The position numbers were made by a program, and so were the translations under genes. A DNA stretch of 64,000 bases. It comes from Clostridiales bacterium (GTDB lineage Bacteria > Bacillota > Clostridia > Peptostreptococcales > Acidaminobacteraceae). Shown here one piece after another: positions 49,141 to 58,804 of the stretch. The stretch lies in the NCBI GenBank assembly GCA_016933835.1, contig JAFGAC010000002.1:26809-90808 (forward strand), read 5' to 3'. The number at the start of each line of letters is the position of its first letter. Positions within the stretch are counted from its first letter, which is position 1. Under the pieces are notes generated by a model. That model saw nothing but the letters and a program-made list of their open reading frames with translations. It was not told the DNA's origin and made no database searches.

Positions 49141-49170
49141 AGGGTTGGGCTGTAAATAGCCCACCCCTTC
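49141..49170 (+). other. GC-rich intra-operon hairpin between flgE and flbD (no U-tract)
   Basis: AGGGTTGGGCT / AGCCCACCCCT stem (one mismatch) with loop GTAAAT. Followed by CCAATAAGAAGGG (the flbD SD), not by a T-run. Confidence 0.6.
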
Positions 49171-49189
49171 CAATAAGAAGGGCTAAATT

Positions 49190-49375
49190 ATGATAGAATT
49201 GACTTCGTTGCATGATGAAAAATTTTATATCAATATCGACAGAATAGAAAAAATGGAAGTTTTATCTGATACCTTGATTACTTTAGTTGATGGAAAAGTA
49301 ATCAGAGTGAAAGAACAACCTGAAGAAGTAGTGGATAGAATTGTCGCATTCCAAAGACGGATAGAGTGGAGGTAG
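49190..49375 (+). CDS. flbD: flagellar protein FlbD
   Basis: 61 aa. MIELTSLHDEKFYINIDRIEKME...LVDGKVIRVKE is typical of FlbD. Confidence 0.9.
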   Translation: MIELTSLHDEKFYINIDRIEKMEVLSDTLITLVDGKVIRVKEQPEEVVDRIVAFQRRIEWR

Positions 49376-49378
49376 CTT

Positions 49379-50173
49379 ATGAAAAAAATTGATATTATTC
49401 CGATACTCGCACTTTTTCTTGGAACGACTCTTATATTGGTAGCTATGGCCATGGGTGGCAATTTGATTATTTTCTGGAGTCTTTCCTCAATGATTATCAC
49501 GATGGTAGGATCTTTTTTGGCTTTGATGGCGAGTTACCCGTTCAAAATTTTGAAACAGGCGCCGATGATCACCAAACAGGCTTTTGTAGAACCGCTTGAT
49601 AATCGTGCAGAACTTGTGTCGCTGGTTTCGAATCTTTCAAGGAAGGCGCGATCTGAGGGTTTGCTGTCATTAGAGGATGAGTTGACTGATATTGATGATG
49701 AATTTCTAACAAAAGGACTTCAAATGGTAATCGACGGTATTGAGCCTGAAAATATCACACAGATACTCGAACTTGAAATTGCAGCTATTGAAAGGCGGCA
49801 CGGCATTGGACACAGTATATTCAAAGCTTGGGCTGAACTGGCTCCTGCCTTTGGTATGATTGGAACACTTATAGGTTTGATTACGATGCTCAGTGACTTG
49901 AGTGATATGAGCAAGATAGGTATTGGTATGGCGACAGCCCTGATTACAACTTTCTATGGGGCCTTCTTCGCCAATATGGTGTTGACGCCAATTGCCAATA
50001 AACTTCAAAGTCAAACTGAAAATGAAATCTATACACGTGAGATGATGATTGAAAGTGTATTGTCTATACAATCAGGAATCAATCCAAGAATAGTTGAAGA
50101 GAAATTGAAAACATTCTTGACAACTAAAGAAAAACTGGTAAAACCTGAGGCGGTGAACGAAAATGCCTCGTAA
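49379..50173 (+). CDS. motA: flagellar stator protein MotA
   Basis: 264 aa, four TM helices, conserved PAFGMIGTLIGLI plug/channel region. Confidence 0.93.
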   Translation: MKKIDIIPILALFLGTTLILVAMAMGGNLIIFWSLSSMIITMVGSFLALMASYPFKILKQAPMITKQAFVEPLDNRAELVSLVSNLSRKARSEGLLSLEDELTDIDDEFLTKGLQMVIDGIEPENITQILELEIAAIERRHGIGHSIFKAWAELAPAFGMIGTLIGLITMLSDLSDMSKIGIGMATALITTFYGAFFANMVLTPIANKLQSQTENEIYTREMMIESVLSIQSGINPRIVEEKLKTFLTTKEKLVKPEAVNENAS

Positions 50174-50918
50174 GAAAAAACCACCTGCAGCTAGTGGGGG
50201 TTCACCTGCATGGATGACAACATTTTCGGATTTAATGACACTTCTTCTCACCTTTTTCATACTTTTGTTTTCATTTTCAACCTTGGATGCCATAAAATTT
50301 AAAAACGTGGCGAGTGCTCTGCAAAGTGTTTTATTGGGTGAAGCAAAACCAACGATTTTTCCGAATGACATCCCACCGGGAAACATTCCGATTATGGATC
50401 CTATTCCTGTTCCTGCAACCGATGAAACGGAAACTATCGACAATGAATTGACTATATTGTATGAGATGGTCATGAAATTTGTGGAAAGTGAAAATATGCA
50501 GGCAAATATCACTGTAAGCAAGGATTTAAGAGGTGTTATCATAGACATCAATGAAAGAGTGTTGTTTGATTCTGGAAAAGCAGATTTAAAACCTGAAAGC
50601 AAGGTAGTCTTAGAAAAGGTGTATGAACTGATCAGTCAATTTGAAAATGAATTGATCATTGAAGGACATACGGATGACAATCCCATCAATACGGCTCAGT
50701 TCCCAAGCAACTGGGAGCTATCAGTCATACGGGCTGTCAATGTTTTAAGGTATTTTACGGAAGTTAAAAATATCAGTCCTACTAGGATTTCAGCTGCAGG
50801 ATATGGTGAATATCAACCGATGGAAATGGATGATACACAGGTTGACAAAGCCTTTAATAGACGTGTGAATATATTGATTTTAGTGGATTCAAATAAGGAG
50901 GATTTAAACATTGGCTGA
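50163..50918 (+). CDS. motB: flagellar stator protein MotB
   Basis: 251 aa. WMTTFSDLMTLLLTFF with the conserved Asp. OmpA-like C-terminus (NWELSVIRA...NRRVNI). Confidence 0.93.
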   Translation: MPRKKKPPAASGGSPAWMTTFSDLMTLLLTFFILLFSFSTLDAIKFKNVASALQSVLLGEAKPTIFPNDIPPGNIPIMDPIPVPATDETETIDNELTILYEMVMKFVESENMQANITVSKDLRGVIIDINERVLFDSGKADLKPESKVVLEKVYELISQFENELIIEGHTDDNPINTAQFPSNWELSVIRAVNVLRYFTEVKNISPTRISAAGYGEYQPMEMDDTQVDKAFNRRVNILILVDSNKEDLNIG

Positions 50919-51396
50919 CAGAATGGACCCGAATGCAATCAAGCAAGCACCTGAGAAGAAAAAGAAAAAGAAAAAACTGCTCATTATTATTCCGCTTATC
51001 ATTGTTTTGTTGGCAGGGGGTTTTGTGGGATATGCATTTTTTACAAAATCTTTTTTCTTTAAAGTAGATGGTGAAGCAGCGGTTGTAAAAATAGATGAAA
51101 AGATTTACGATATGGAAGAATTCATCATCAATTTAAATGATGAAGGCAGCAGAAGATATCTAAAGACAAAAATTGTCTTGGCATATGAAAATGATAAAGA
51201 TTTGGATTTATTTAATAAAAATATACCTCAAATGAGGGATCTCATCATAGAGACACTGAGAGCTAAGACTTCTGAAGATGTGATGAATGTAGAAAACACA
51301 GAATCTCTTAAAAATGAAATTAGAGACAATGTGAATAAAATTTATGACGAGGATATTGTTTTGGAAGTTTATTTTGTGGATTTCTTGATTCAATAG
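50911..51396 (+). CDS. fliL: flagellar basal body-associated protein FliL
   Basis: 161 aa, TTG start. Lys-rich N-terminus, single TM segment, FliL domain (FIINLNDEGSRRYLKTKIVL). Confidence 0.88.
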   Translation: MADRMDPNAIKQAPEKKKKKKKLLIIIPLIIVLLAGGFVGYAFFTKSFFFKVDGEAAVVKIDEKIYDMEEFIINLNDEGSRRYLKTKIVLAYENDKDLDLFNKNIPQMRDLIIETLRAKTSEDVMNVENTESLKNEIRDNVNKIYDEDIVLEVYFVDFLIQ

Positions 51397-51404
51397 GTGA
51401 AGTA

Positions 51405-51746
51405 ATGGATTATAATACCACATCAAGTTTGCTGAAATTATTTGTTGCATTGCCGTTGGTTATTTTACTGGCGTATATCAGTCTTAAATTCGGCAATAAG
51501 TATTTAAGAAAAATCAACAATGGAAAAGTTTTAAATGTGATTGAGACAGTTCCTGTTTTCAACAAAGCAGCATTGAGCATTGTAAAAATCGGGAAGGAAT
51601 ATCATGTCATTGGTGTTACAGAGGCCAATATAGTCGATATCAAGATTCTTGATGAATCTGAAATCGCCTTATTGAACAAAAATGAAGAACAGGCCAGTCG
51701 TCTTGATTGGAAATCTATTAAAGGAAAACTGACTCAACATGATTAA
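51405..51746 (+). CDS. fliO: flagellar biosynthesis protein FliO/FliZ
   Basis: 113 aa, single N-terminal TM segment. Lies immediately upstream of and overlapping fliP. Confidence 0.75.
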   Translation: MDYNTTSSLLKLFVALPLVILLAYISLKFGNKYLRKINNGKVLNVIETVPVFNKAALSIVKIGKEYHVIGVTEANIVDIKILDESEIALLNKNEEQASRLDWKSIKGKLTQHD

Positions 51747-52497
51747 AAAAATAGTGTTTTTAACAATTTTATTGAGCTTATTTATCTTCTCGATGGTATC
51801 ATTTGCTGATCAAGTTAATATTGAAATTCCAAATGTGGATTTGAATATCACTGCACCTGAGACAGCAAGTGACTATGTGGGCAGTATAAAAATTTTGATA
51901 TTGATGACAGTCTTGACATTGGTTCCTTCCATTGTCATATTGATGACATCTTTTACTAGAATTATCATTGTTTTATCTTTAATGAGAAGTGCGCTGGCAA
52001 CGCAACAGACACCCCCCAATCAAATATTGGTAGGTCTGGCACTTTTTCTGACACTATTTATCATGGCACCGGTATATACCAATGTCATAGATAATGCTAT
52101 CAATCCTTACTTGGCGGAGACAATCACCCAGGAAGAGGCAATTGAAATTGGATCTAAACCAATAAAAGACTTTATGATCAAGCAGACTAGAGAAAAAGAT
52201 CTAATGTTGTTCGAAGAGATATCAGGTTCGGTCGCAACGGCTAATCCTGATGACATAAAATTTACGACACTCATTCCCGCTTTTGTCATCAGTGAACTGA
52301 AAACTGCTTTTCAAATGGGTTTTATGATTTTTATTCCATTTATTGTCATCGACTTGATTGTCGCAAGTATTCTCATGTCGATGGGTATGTTCATGCTGCC
52401 ACCGGTCATGATTTCATTGCCATTCAAGCTACTTCTTTTTGTAATGGTGGACGGTTGGTATTTAATAGTCAAATCTTTGGTAGAAAGCTTTGTGTAG
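51739..52497 (+). CDS. fliP: flagellar export gate protein FliP
   Basis: 252 aa. Signal-like N-terminus and conserved TPPNQILVGLALFLTLFIMAPV. Confidence 0.95.
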   Translation: MIKKIVFLTILLSLFIFSMVSFADQVNIEIPNVDLNITAPETASDYVGSIKILILMTVLTLVPSIVILMTSFTRIIIVLSLMRSALATQQTPPNQILVGLALFLTLFIMAPVYTNVIDNAINPYLAETITQEEAIEIGSKPIKDFMIKQTREKDLMLFEEISGSVATANPDDIKFTTLIPAFVISELKTAFQMGFMIFIPFIVIDLIVASILMSMGMFMLPPVMISLPFKLLLFVMVDGWYLIVKSLVESFV

Positions 52498-52506
52498 GTG
52501 GATATT

Positions 52507-52776
52507 ATGAGTCAAACAATGATAGTTGACATCATGCGTGATGCATTATTGACAATTTTATTGACAGCAGGACCTGTATTGGGTGTTGCGCTTGTTGTGG
52601 GTCTTATTATCAGTATTATTCAGGCCACGACACAGGTTCAGGAGCAAACACTTACTTTTGTACCTAAAATAGTGGCTGTATTTGCCACAATTATTTTATT
52701 CGGACCGTACATGCTCAATCAAGTGACTAGTTTCACAATCAGGATGTTTGATAATATTTCGAACATGATCAGGTAG
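52507..52776 (+). CDS. fliQ: flagellar export gate protein FliQ
   Basis: 89 aa from ATG 52507 (SD AGGTGG). Two TM helices. The ORF track starts at GTG 52498. Confidence 0.92.
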   Translation: MSQTMIVDIMRDALLTILLTAGPVLGVALVVGLIISIIQATTQVQEQTLTFVPKIVAVFATIILFGPYMLNQVTSFTIRMFDNISNMIR

Positions 52777-52781
52777 ATGAG

Positions 52782-53561
52782 ATGGATTATAATGCGTTTA
52801 CAGCTTATTTTCTAGTATTTGTCCGAATAGCGAGTTTTATGTACACAGGCATATTTTTCAGTACAAAAGGTATTCCCAATCTGCTTAAAATTGGATTTAG
52901 TTTGATTCTCAGTTACATTGTATTTACATCAATTACTACAGAGATAGTTGTAAATGATGGAATTTTTGGATATAGCATTCAAATTATTTTTGAAACGCTT
53001 TATGGTATGGCGATTGGATTCTCAACATTTTTAATATTTGCAGCGATTCAAATGGCCGGTCAGATGATTGACTTCTCAATTGGATTTGCCATTGGCGCAG
53101 TCTATGATCCTGTAACTGAAAATAAAGTTTCAATATTTGGAAAGATATATTATTGGATGAGCATAGCGCTTTTTCTAGCGGTGGACGCACATCATTATAT
53201 GTTGATTTCCTTGGTTAGAACGTATGAAATTTTACCGGTTGGCCATAGCGCAGTAAATACAGGCAATGGACTGGAATTTATCTATATATTTACAGACAGT
53301 CTAAAAGCAGCTTTTCAAATAGCTTTACCACTTCTGATGATTTTGTTCTTGACAGATATCATTATGGGAATGTTGGCAAGAGCGGTGCCTCAAATCAATG
53401 TGTTTATATTAGGTCTCCCTATGAAAGTGCTCATAGGAATTACAGTATTGGTCGTATTGATGCCTGCAATCGCAAGTACCCTGATGCCAGTTATTGAAAG
53501 TTTACCGTACTATATGGATAAAATCATAAAGAGCTTGGCACTGTTGAGGATGAATTTATGA
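52782..53561 (+). CDS. fliR: flagellar export gate protein FliR
   Basis: 259 aa polytopic membrane protein in the conserved position. Confidence 0.92.
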   Translation: MDYNAFTAYFLVFVRIASFMYTGIFFSTKGIPNLLKIGFSLILSYIVFTSITTEIVVNDGIFGYSIQIIFETLYGMAIGFSTFLIFAAIQMAGQMIDFSIGFAIGAVYDPVTENKVSIFGKIYYWMSIALFLAVDAHHYMLISLVRTYEILPVGHSAVNTGNGLEFIYIFTDSLKAAFQIALPLLMILFLTDIIMGMLARAVPQINVFILGLPMKVLIGITVLVVLMPAIASTLMPVIESLPYYMDKIIKSLALLRMNL

Positions 53562-54763
53562 GATGGATTGATACAATTGACTTTATTGTCATCATGATCA
53601 CGATGGTAAGTTACTTTAAAAATTATAGGATAAAAACATTCAGCTTTTCATATGCCGCAGAAGGTATAGGAAGTTTGAATCATTACAGAGGCTTTATTTT
53701 TGCCGCAGATGAAAAGACTGAAGATCCAACACCTAAAAAGATAAAAGATGCGAGAAAAAAAGGTCAAGTAGCAAAAAGTTCTGATTTGAATTCAGCAATC
53801 ATTTTAGTCATTATGGCATTATTGACACTTGTAAGCGGTGATACGGCATTTAAAAATTTGTATCTGTTTCTTTACCGATCATTGAGCAATATAAACATAG
53901 ATGTCGCCAATACAGATGTCAGAGCACTAGGCATGTATTACGGCTACTATTTTTTCAGTATTACAGCTATCGTATTTGTTACAGTCATGATTGGCGGCAT
54001 TATTGCCAATGTGACGCAATCAGGTTTTTTATTTACACTTGATCCACTGAAACCCAATTTTAAAAAATTGAATCCTATTGAAGGATTCAAAAATCAATTT
54101 TCAAAGAAATCTGCATTCAATATGTTCAAAACATTGATGAAATTGGTGCTTGTAGGATATGTCGCCTATGGTTTCATAAAAGCGAATATATTCAATATAT
54201 TCAGATTGACCGATGTAAGTGTGTCTCAAATATACCCTTACATGAAAGATTTGCTTGTGAATCTGATATTGAGGATCGCCATATTTTTAATGATTTTAGG
54301 GATTGTCGATTTAGTTTTTCAAAAATACGATCACAAGAAAAATTTAAGGATGACGAAACATGAGATAAAAGAAGAAATGAAACAGATGGAAGGCGATCCT
54401 CAGGTAAAATCTTTTAGAAGACAAAAGCAGAGACAACTTGCCATGGCGAGAATGATGGAAGATGTCCCTAAAGCCAGTGTCGTCATAACGAATCCAACAC
54501 ATATTGCAGTCGCAATAAAATATGAAGACGGTAAAGATGAAGCACCTAAGGTAATGGCGATGGGTGCGGATCATGTTGCTTTTAAAATAAGAGAGATCGC
54601 TAAAGAACATGATATACCAATTATGGAAAACAAGCCTTTGGCTAGATTATTATTCAAACAAGCCAAAGTAGGAAAAGATATTCCTGTGGAACTCTATAAA
54701 TCTGTCGCTGAAATACTGGCAGCCATTTATAGGATGAAGCAAAAGAAAAACTATTTGAGGTAG
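53558..54763 (+). CDS. flhB: flagellar export switch protein FlhB (about 40-aa N-terminal extension if ATG 53558 is used)
   Basis: EKTEDPTPKKIKDARKKGQVAKS, NPTH autocleavage site (VVITNPTHIAVAIKY). The ATGA overlap with the fliR stop supports ATG 53558. Confidence 0.93.
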   Translation: MRWIDTIDFIVIMITMVSYFKNYRIKTFSFSYAAEGIGSLNHYRGFIFAADEKTEDPTPKKIKDARKKGQVAKSSDLNSAIILVIMALLTLVSGDTAFKNLYLFLYRSLSNINIDVANTDVRALGMYYGYYFFSITAIVFVTVMIGGIIANVTQSGFLFTLDPLKPNFKKLNPIEGFKNQFSKKSAFNMFKTLMKLVLVGYVAYGFIKANIFNIFRLTDVSVSQIYPYMKDLLVNLILRIAIFLMILGIVDLVFQKYDHKKNLRMTKHEIKEEMKQMEGDPQVKSFRRQKQRQLAMARMMEDVPKASVVITNPTHIAVAIKYEDGKDEAPKVMAMGADHVAFKIREIAKEHDIPIMENKPLARLLFKQAKVGKDIPVELYKSVAEILAAIYRMKQKKNYLR

Positions 54764-54766
54764 AAT

Positions 54767-56851
54767 ATGAATTCAAACTTAGTAAAAAACATTAATTCCA
54801 ATATAGCTAGAAATTTAGATATCGTAACAGCCTTTGGTGTTATTGGCATTGTAGCAATGATTATTCTACCGATGCCTACTATGCTTTTGGATCTGCTGCT
54901 GATTGTCAACATCACATTGGCGATGGTCATTATTCTGTTGACGATGTTTACAACGGAAATATTGGAATTTTCTGTATTTCCAACGCTATTGTTGATAGCA
55001 ACGCTGTTTAGGCTTGGACTCAATGTGTCTTCAACAAGACTGATTCTCAGCAATGGAAATGCAGGAGAAGTTATCTCAGCCTTTGGCAGTTTTGTAACTG
55101 GAGACAATTACATTGTCGGTGCCATTATTTTCATCATCATTGTTGTCATTCAGTTCATCGTAATCACAAATGGTGCTGGAAGAGTTGCAGAAGTTGCAGC
55201 AAGATTTACTCTTGATGCAATGCCCGGGAAACAGATGAGTATTGATGCAGATTTGAATGCAGGTGTCATCAACGATCATCAAGCAAAGCAAAGAAGAGAG
55301 AATCTGCAAAGAGAATCGGATTTTTATGGTGCTATGGATGGTGCTTCTAAATTTGTAAAAGGAGATGCCATAGCAGGAATAGTCATCGTAATCATTAACT
55401 TCATTGGCGGAATCGCAATTTTTATGGGGCAGAAGGGATTTTCATTTACTGAAGCGATTCAAATATTTGGACTTTTGACAATCGGAGATGGTTTGGTTTC
55501 TCAGGTGCCAGCGCTGCTTATTTCAGTGGCTTCCGGTATTTTAGTGACAAGATCGGCTTCTAAAAATAATTTGGGAACAGAGCTGTTTTCTCAGCTGTTT
55601 GCTGCACCAAAAGTCATTGCGATGACAGCTGTCATTTTATTGATGCTGGGTCTTGTGCCGGCATTGCCGAATGTACCTTTTCTATTGCTTTCATTGGCAA
55701 TGGGTTCCATTGCCTACTTTTTATTTGAAGAAGACAAACAGAAGAAAAATCAAAAGACCATTGTTCAAGAGAAGAAGGATACAAAAGTAGTTGAAAAAGA
55801 ACCGGAAGATATGATGAAATTCATGAAAACTGAAACACTTGAAATTGAAATAGGATATGGACTGATTTCATTGGCAGATAAATCCTCAGGTGGGGATTTG
55901 CTTGATAGGATAGCGACTATCAGGAGGCAATGTGCGTCTGAAATGGGAATAGTAGTTCAACCGATTCGAATAAGAGACAATTTACAGTTAAAAGCTGATG
56001 AATATGTAATAAAAATCAGAGGAAATGAAGTTGCTAGAGGCGAGATAATGTATGGTCATTTTCTTGTTATGGATCCCGGTAGCGATCGGATTGATATTCA
56101 GGGCAAGGCAACTATAGAACCAACTTTTGGGCTTCCAGCTGTCTGGATTGACGCAAGTAGAAGAGAAGAAGCAGAAATGAAAGGGTTGACTATTGTTGAT
56201 CCAACAACAGTATTAGTGACACATCTCAATGAGACAATCAAGAAATTGGCAAAGGAGCTTTTGGGAAGGCAAGAAGTAAAGGCGATGTTGGACATGGTAA
56301 AGGAAAACAATGGCGCTGTTGTCGATGAATTGGTGCCTGATTATTTATCGGTAGGTGATATCCAGAAGGTCTTGCAAAATCTTCTCAGCGAGCAAGTGCC
56401 TATTCGAGATTTTGTTTCAATATTGGAGACCTTGGCTGATTATGCACCAAATACAAAAGATATTGAACTTTTGACTGAATATGTTCGATATCGTTTAGGG
56501 AGAACAATTACGAAGAAATACATGGATGAGAAAAACACTTTGCATGTCATTACGATTCATCCTGAAATAGAACAAAAAATATACAACAGTATACAGAAAT
56601 CTTTTCAGGGTTCTTTTCCGGCAATCAGTCCAGATATGAATACTCAGATACTGGAAAGTGTAGATGGACTTTTGATGGTGAACATAAGTAGAGGTGTTCA
56701 ACCAGTCGTTTTAGCTTCTCCACGTATAAGATCACCATTTAGAAGATTAATTGATATGACATTTCCGGATTTACCTGTGTTATCATTGAATGAGATACCA
56801 AATTCGGTAGAAATTGAGGGCATTGGGATGGTGAAGATCAATGAAAATTAA
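54767..56851 (+). CDS. flhA: flagellar export gate protein FlhA
   Basis: 694 aa. AARFTLDAMPGKQMSIDADL loop and a large cytoplasmic C-terminal domain. Confidence 0.96.
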   Translation: MNSNLVKNINSNIARNLDIVTAFGVIGIVAMIILPMPTMLLDLLLIVNITLAMVIILLTMFTTEILEFSVFPTLLLIATLFRLGLNVSSTRLILSNGNAGEVISAFGSFVTGDNYIVGAIIFIIIVVIQFIVITNGAGRVAEVAARFTLDAMPGKQMSIDADLNAGVINDHQAKQRRENLQRESDFYGAMDGASKFVKGDAIAGIVIVIINFIGGIAIFMGQKGFSFTEAIQIFGLLTIGDGLVSQVPALLISVASGILVTRSASKNNLGTELFSQLFAAPKVIAMTAVILLMLGLVPALPNVPFLLLSLAMGSIAYFLFEEDKQKKNQKTIVQEKKDTKVVEKEPEDMMKFMKTETLEIEIGYGLISLADKSSGGDLLDRIATIRRQCASEMGIVVQPIRIRDNLQLKADEYVIKIRGNEVARGEIMYGHFLVMDPGSDRIDIQGKATIEPTFGLPAVWIDASRREEAEMKGLTIVDPTTVLVTHLNETIKKLAKELLGRQEVKAMLDMVKENNGAVVDELVPDYLSVGDIQKVLQNLLSEQVPIRDFVSILETLADYAPNTKDIELLTEYVRYRLGRTITKKYMDEKNTLHVITIHPEIEQKIYNSIQKSFQGSFPAISPDMNTQILESVDGLLMVNISRGVQPVVLASPRIRSPFRRLIDMTFPDLPVLSLNEIPNSVEIEGIGMVKINEN

Positions 56852-57920
56852 AAATTATTATGTCAAAGACATGTATGAAGCGATGATTCGCATTAGAGAA
56901 GAGCTAGGCAATGAAGCTGTTATTATAAGCAAAAGGCAAGTGACACAAAAGGGGATTTTTGGATTCTTAAAGCCTAAAATGATTGAAGTGACTGCAGCGG
57001 TTGAGGTCAAGGAAGTCAATGAAGCTGAAAAAATGATGAGCAGTAAAAAAACAGAACAAGAGGCACTTTTCAGAAATGAAATCAATGAGATAAAAGAAGT
57101 AGTCAAACAGCTGATTGAAACAAATCATTCGAGTGTCAACAGGATTGTAGAACATAATGAAGACATCTATGATATTTTTAGAGACATGGATTTAAGTAAA
57201 AAAATAATTGAAGATTTTGAATCATATTGCAAGCATAATAATATTAAGAAAAATGATTTCAATAAAATTGTGCTTTATGAATTTCTGATGAATCGCTTCA
57301 ACAATAAACTCAATATTAAAATGCCGGATTCAAAAGTGCTGGTATTGATTGGTCCGACAGGTGTGGGAAAAACAACGACCATTGCAAAAATTGCCTCAAG
57401 GGAGTCTTTGGTCAATCATAAAAATGTAGGACTTATTACAATTGATACTTACAGAATCGGTGCAGTGGAGCAGCTTAAAATTTATGCGAATATTCTAGAC
57501 ATACCGGTTGAAGTTGTTTCAAGTGTTGATGATTTGCCGATTGCCATAAATATTTTAAGAGAATGTGACCTGATATTAGTAGATACTTCAGGGAGCAGTT
57601 ATAAAAATGTAAATCAGTTGAATGAATTGAAATATTTTTTAGATCAGATAAAAGAAAAAGAAGTTTCACTAGTCATCAGTATGACCAGCAAAAACACAGA
57701 TTTCATTCAAATTTTAAAAAGTTACCAGCATGCTGAGTTTGACAATATAATTTTGACAAAGTTTGACGAAACACTGAGCTATGGAAATGTACTTAATGCT
57801 TTTTATTTAACAGATAAACCAATATCTTATATCAGCATGGGACAAGTCGTACCTGATGATTTGGAATATGCCACGAGAGATGTTTTGTTTAAATATATTT
57901 GGGGAGAAATTAAATCATGA
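56841..57920 (+). CDS. flhF: flagellar SRP-type GTPase FlhF
   Basis: 359 aa. GPTGVGKTTT, DTYR and TKFDE (G4-like) motifs. Confidence 0.93.
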   Translation: MKIKNYYVKDMYEAMIRIREELGNEAVIISKRQVTQKGIFGFLKPKMIEVTAAVEVKEVNEAEKMMSSKKTEQEALFRNEINEIKEVVKQLIETNHSSVNRIVEHNEDIYDIFRDMDLSKKIIEDFESYCKHNNIKKNDFNKIVLYEFLMNRFNNKLNIKMPDSKVLVLIGPTGVGKTTTIAKIASRESLVNHKNVGLITIDTYRIGAVEQLKIYANILDIPVEVVSSVDDLPIAINILRECDLILVDTSGSSYKNVNQLNELKYFLDQIKEKEVSLVISMTSKNTDFIQILKSYQHAEFDNIILTKFDETLSYGNVLNAFYLTDKPISYISMGQVVPDDLEYATRDVLFKYIWGEIKS

Positions 57921-58795
57921 AAAATCAAGCAGATAATTTAATACATCTTGTTGACGAAAAAAGAAAAACAAATGATGTTTTTATGAAAAATTCAAATGTC
58001 CAGATATATACAGTTGCCAGTGGCAAAGGCGGCGTCGGCAAAACAAATATTGTGGTGAGCCTGGCTATTTCTTTGCAGAGAGCTGGAAAGAAAGTCCTTG
58101 TAATGGATGCTGACTTAGGACTGGCAAATGTCGATATTCTGTTGGGAATTTCACCTAAATTGACATTGTATGATGTAATGTTCAAGGGAAGAAAAATAGA
58201 AGATGCCATTTTTGAAGGACCTGAAGGCATTAAAATCATTCCAGGTGGATCTGGAATACTTGAACTGAGTAAAATGGATGTCATGGAGAAAAGATCCTTT
58301 ATCAATCAATTTAAAATGTTGAATGGATTTGATATTATTCTGATTGATACTGGCGCAGGAATTTCAATGAATCAACTTTCATTTATAACATTTTCTGATG
58401 AAGTGATTTTGGTGACGACACCGGAACCGACTGCAATTACAGATGTATATAGTGTTATAAAAATAATTTCGAGTTTGAAACTCAACAGAAAAATAAACAT
58501 CGTAGTCAATCGTGTGAAAGATGAAAAAGACGCACTCAATACTTTTAACAAGTTGAATGAAACGACAACTCGATTTTTGGGAATTGAACTCAAACAGTAC
58601 GGATTTGTAGCGGATGATATACGAGTCAACACTTCTGTAATGAATCAAGTGCCTTTTATTATCAAGTATCCTAACTGTCTTGCCAGTCAGTGCATTGACA
58701 ATTTGGCAAAAGATATTATAAATAATCGAAAGAATAAAATTAAAGTTAAAACAATGGATGAGTTTTACAATCGTCTTTTAAAAGTATTCGGCTAA
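57917..58795 (+). CDS. flhG: MinD/ParA-type ATPase FlhG (YlxH)
   Basis: 292 aa. Deviant Walker A SGKGGVGKT. Follows flhF. Confidence 0.92.
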   Translation: MKNQADNLIHLVDEKRKTNDVFMKNSNVQIYTVASGKGGVGKTNIVVSLAISLQRAGKKVLVMDADLGLANVDILLGISPKLTLYDVMFKGRKIEDAIFEGPEGIKIIPGGSGILELSKMDVMEKRSFINQFKMLNGFDIILIDTGAGISMNQLSFITFSDEVILVTTPEPTAITDVYSVIKIISSLKLNRKINIVVNRVKDEKDALNTFNKLNETTTRFLGIELKQYGFVADDIRVNTSVMNQVPFIIKYPNCLASQCIDNLAKDIINNRKNKIKVKTMDEFYNRLLKVFG

Positions 58796-58804
58796 GCGGA
58801 GGTC

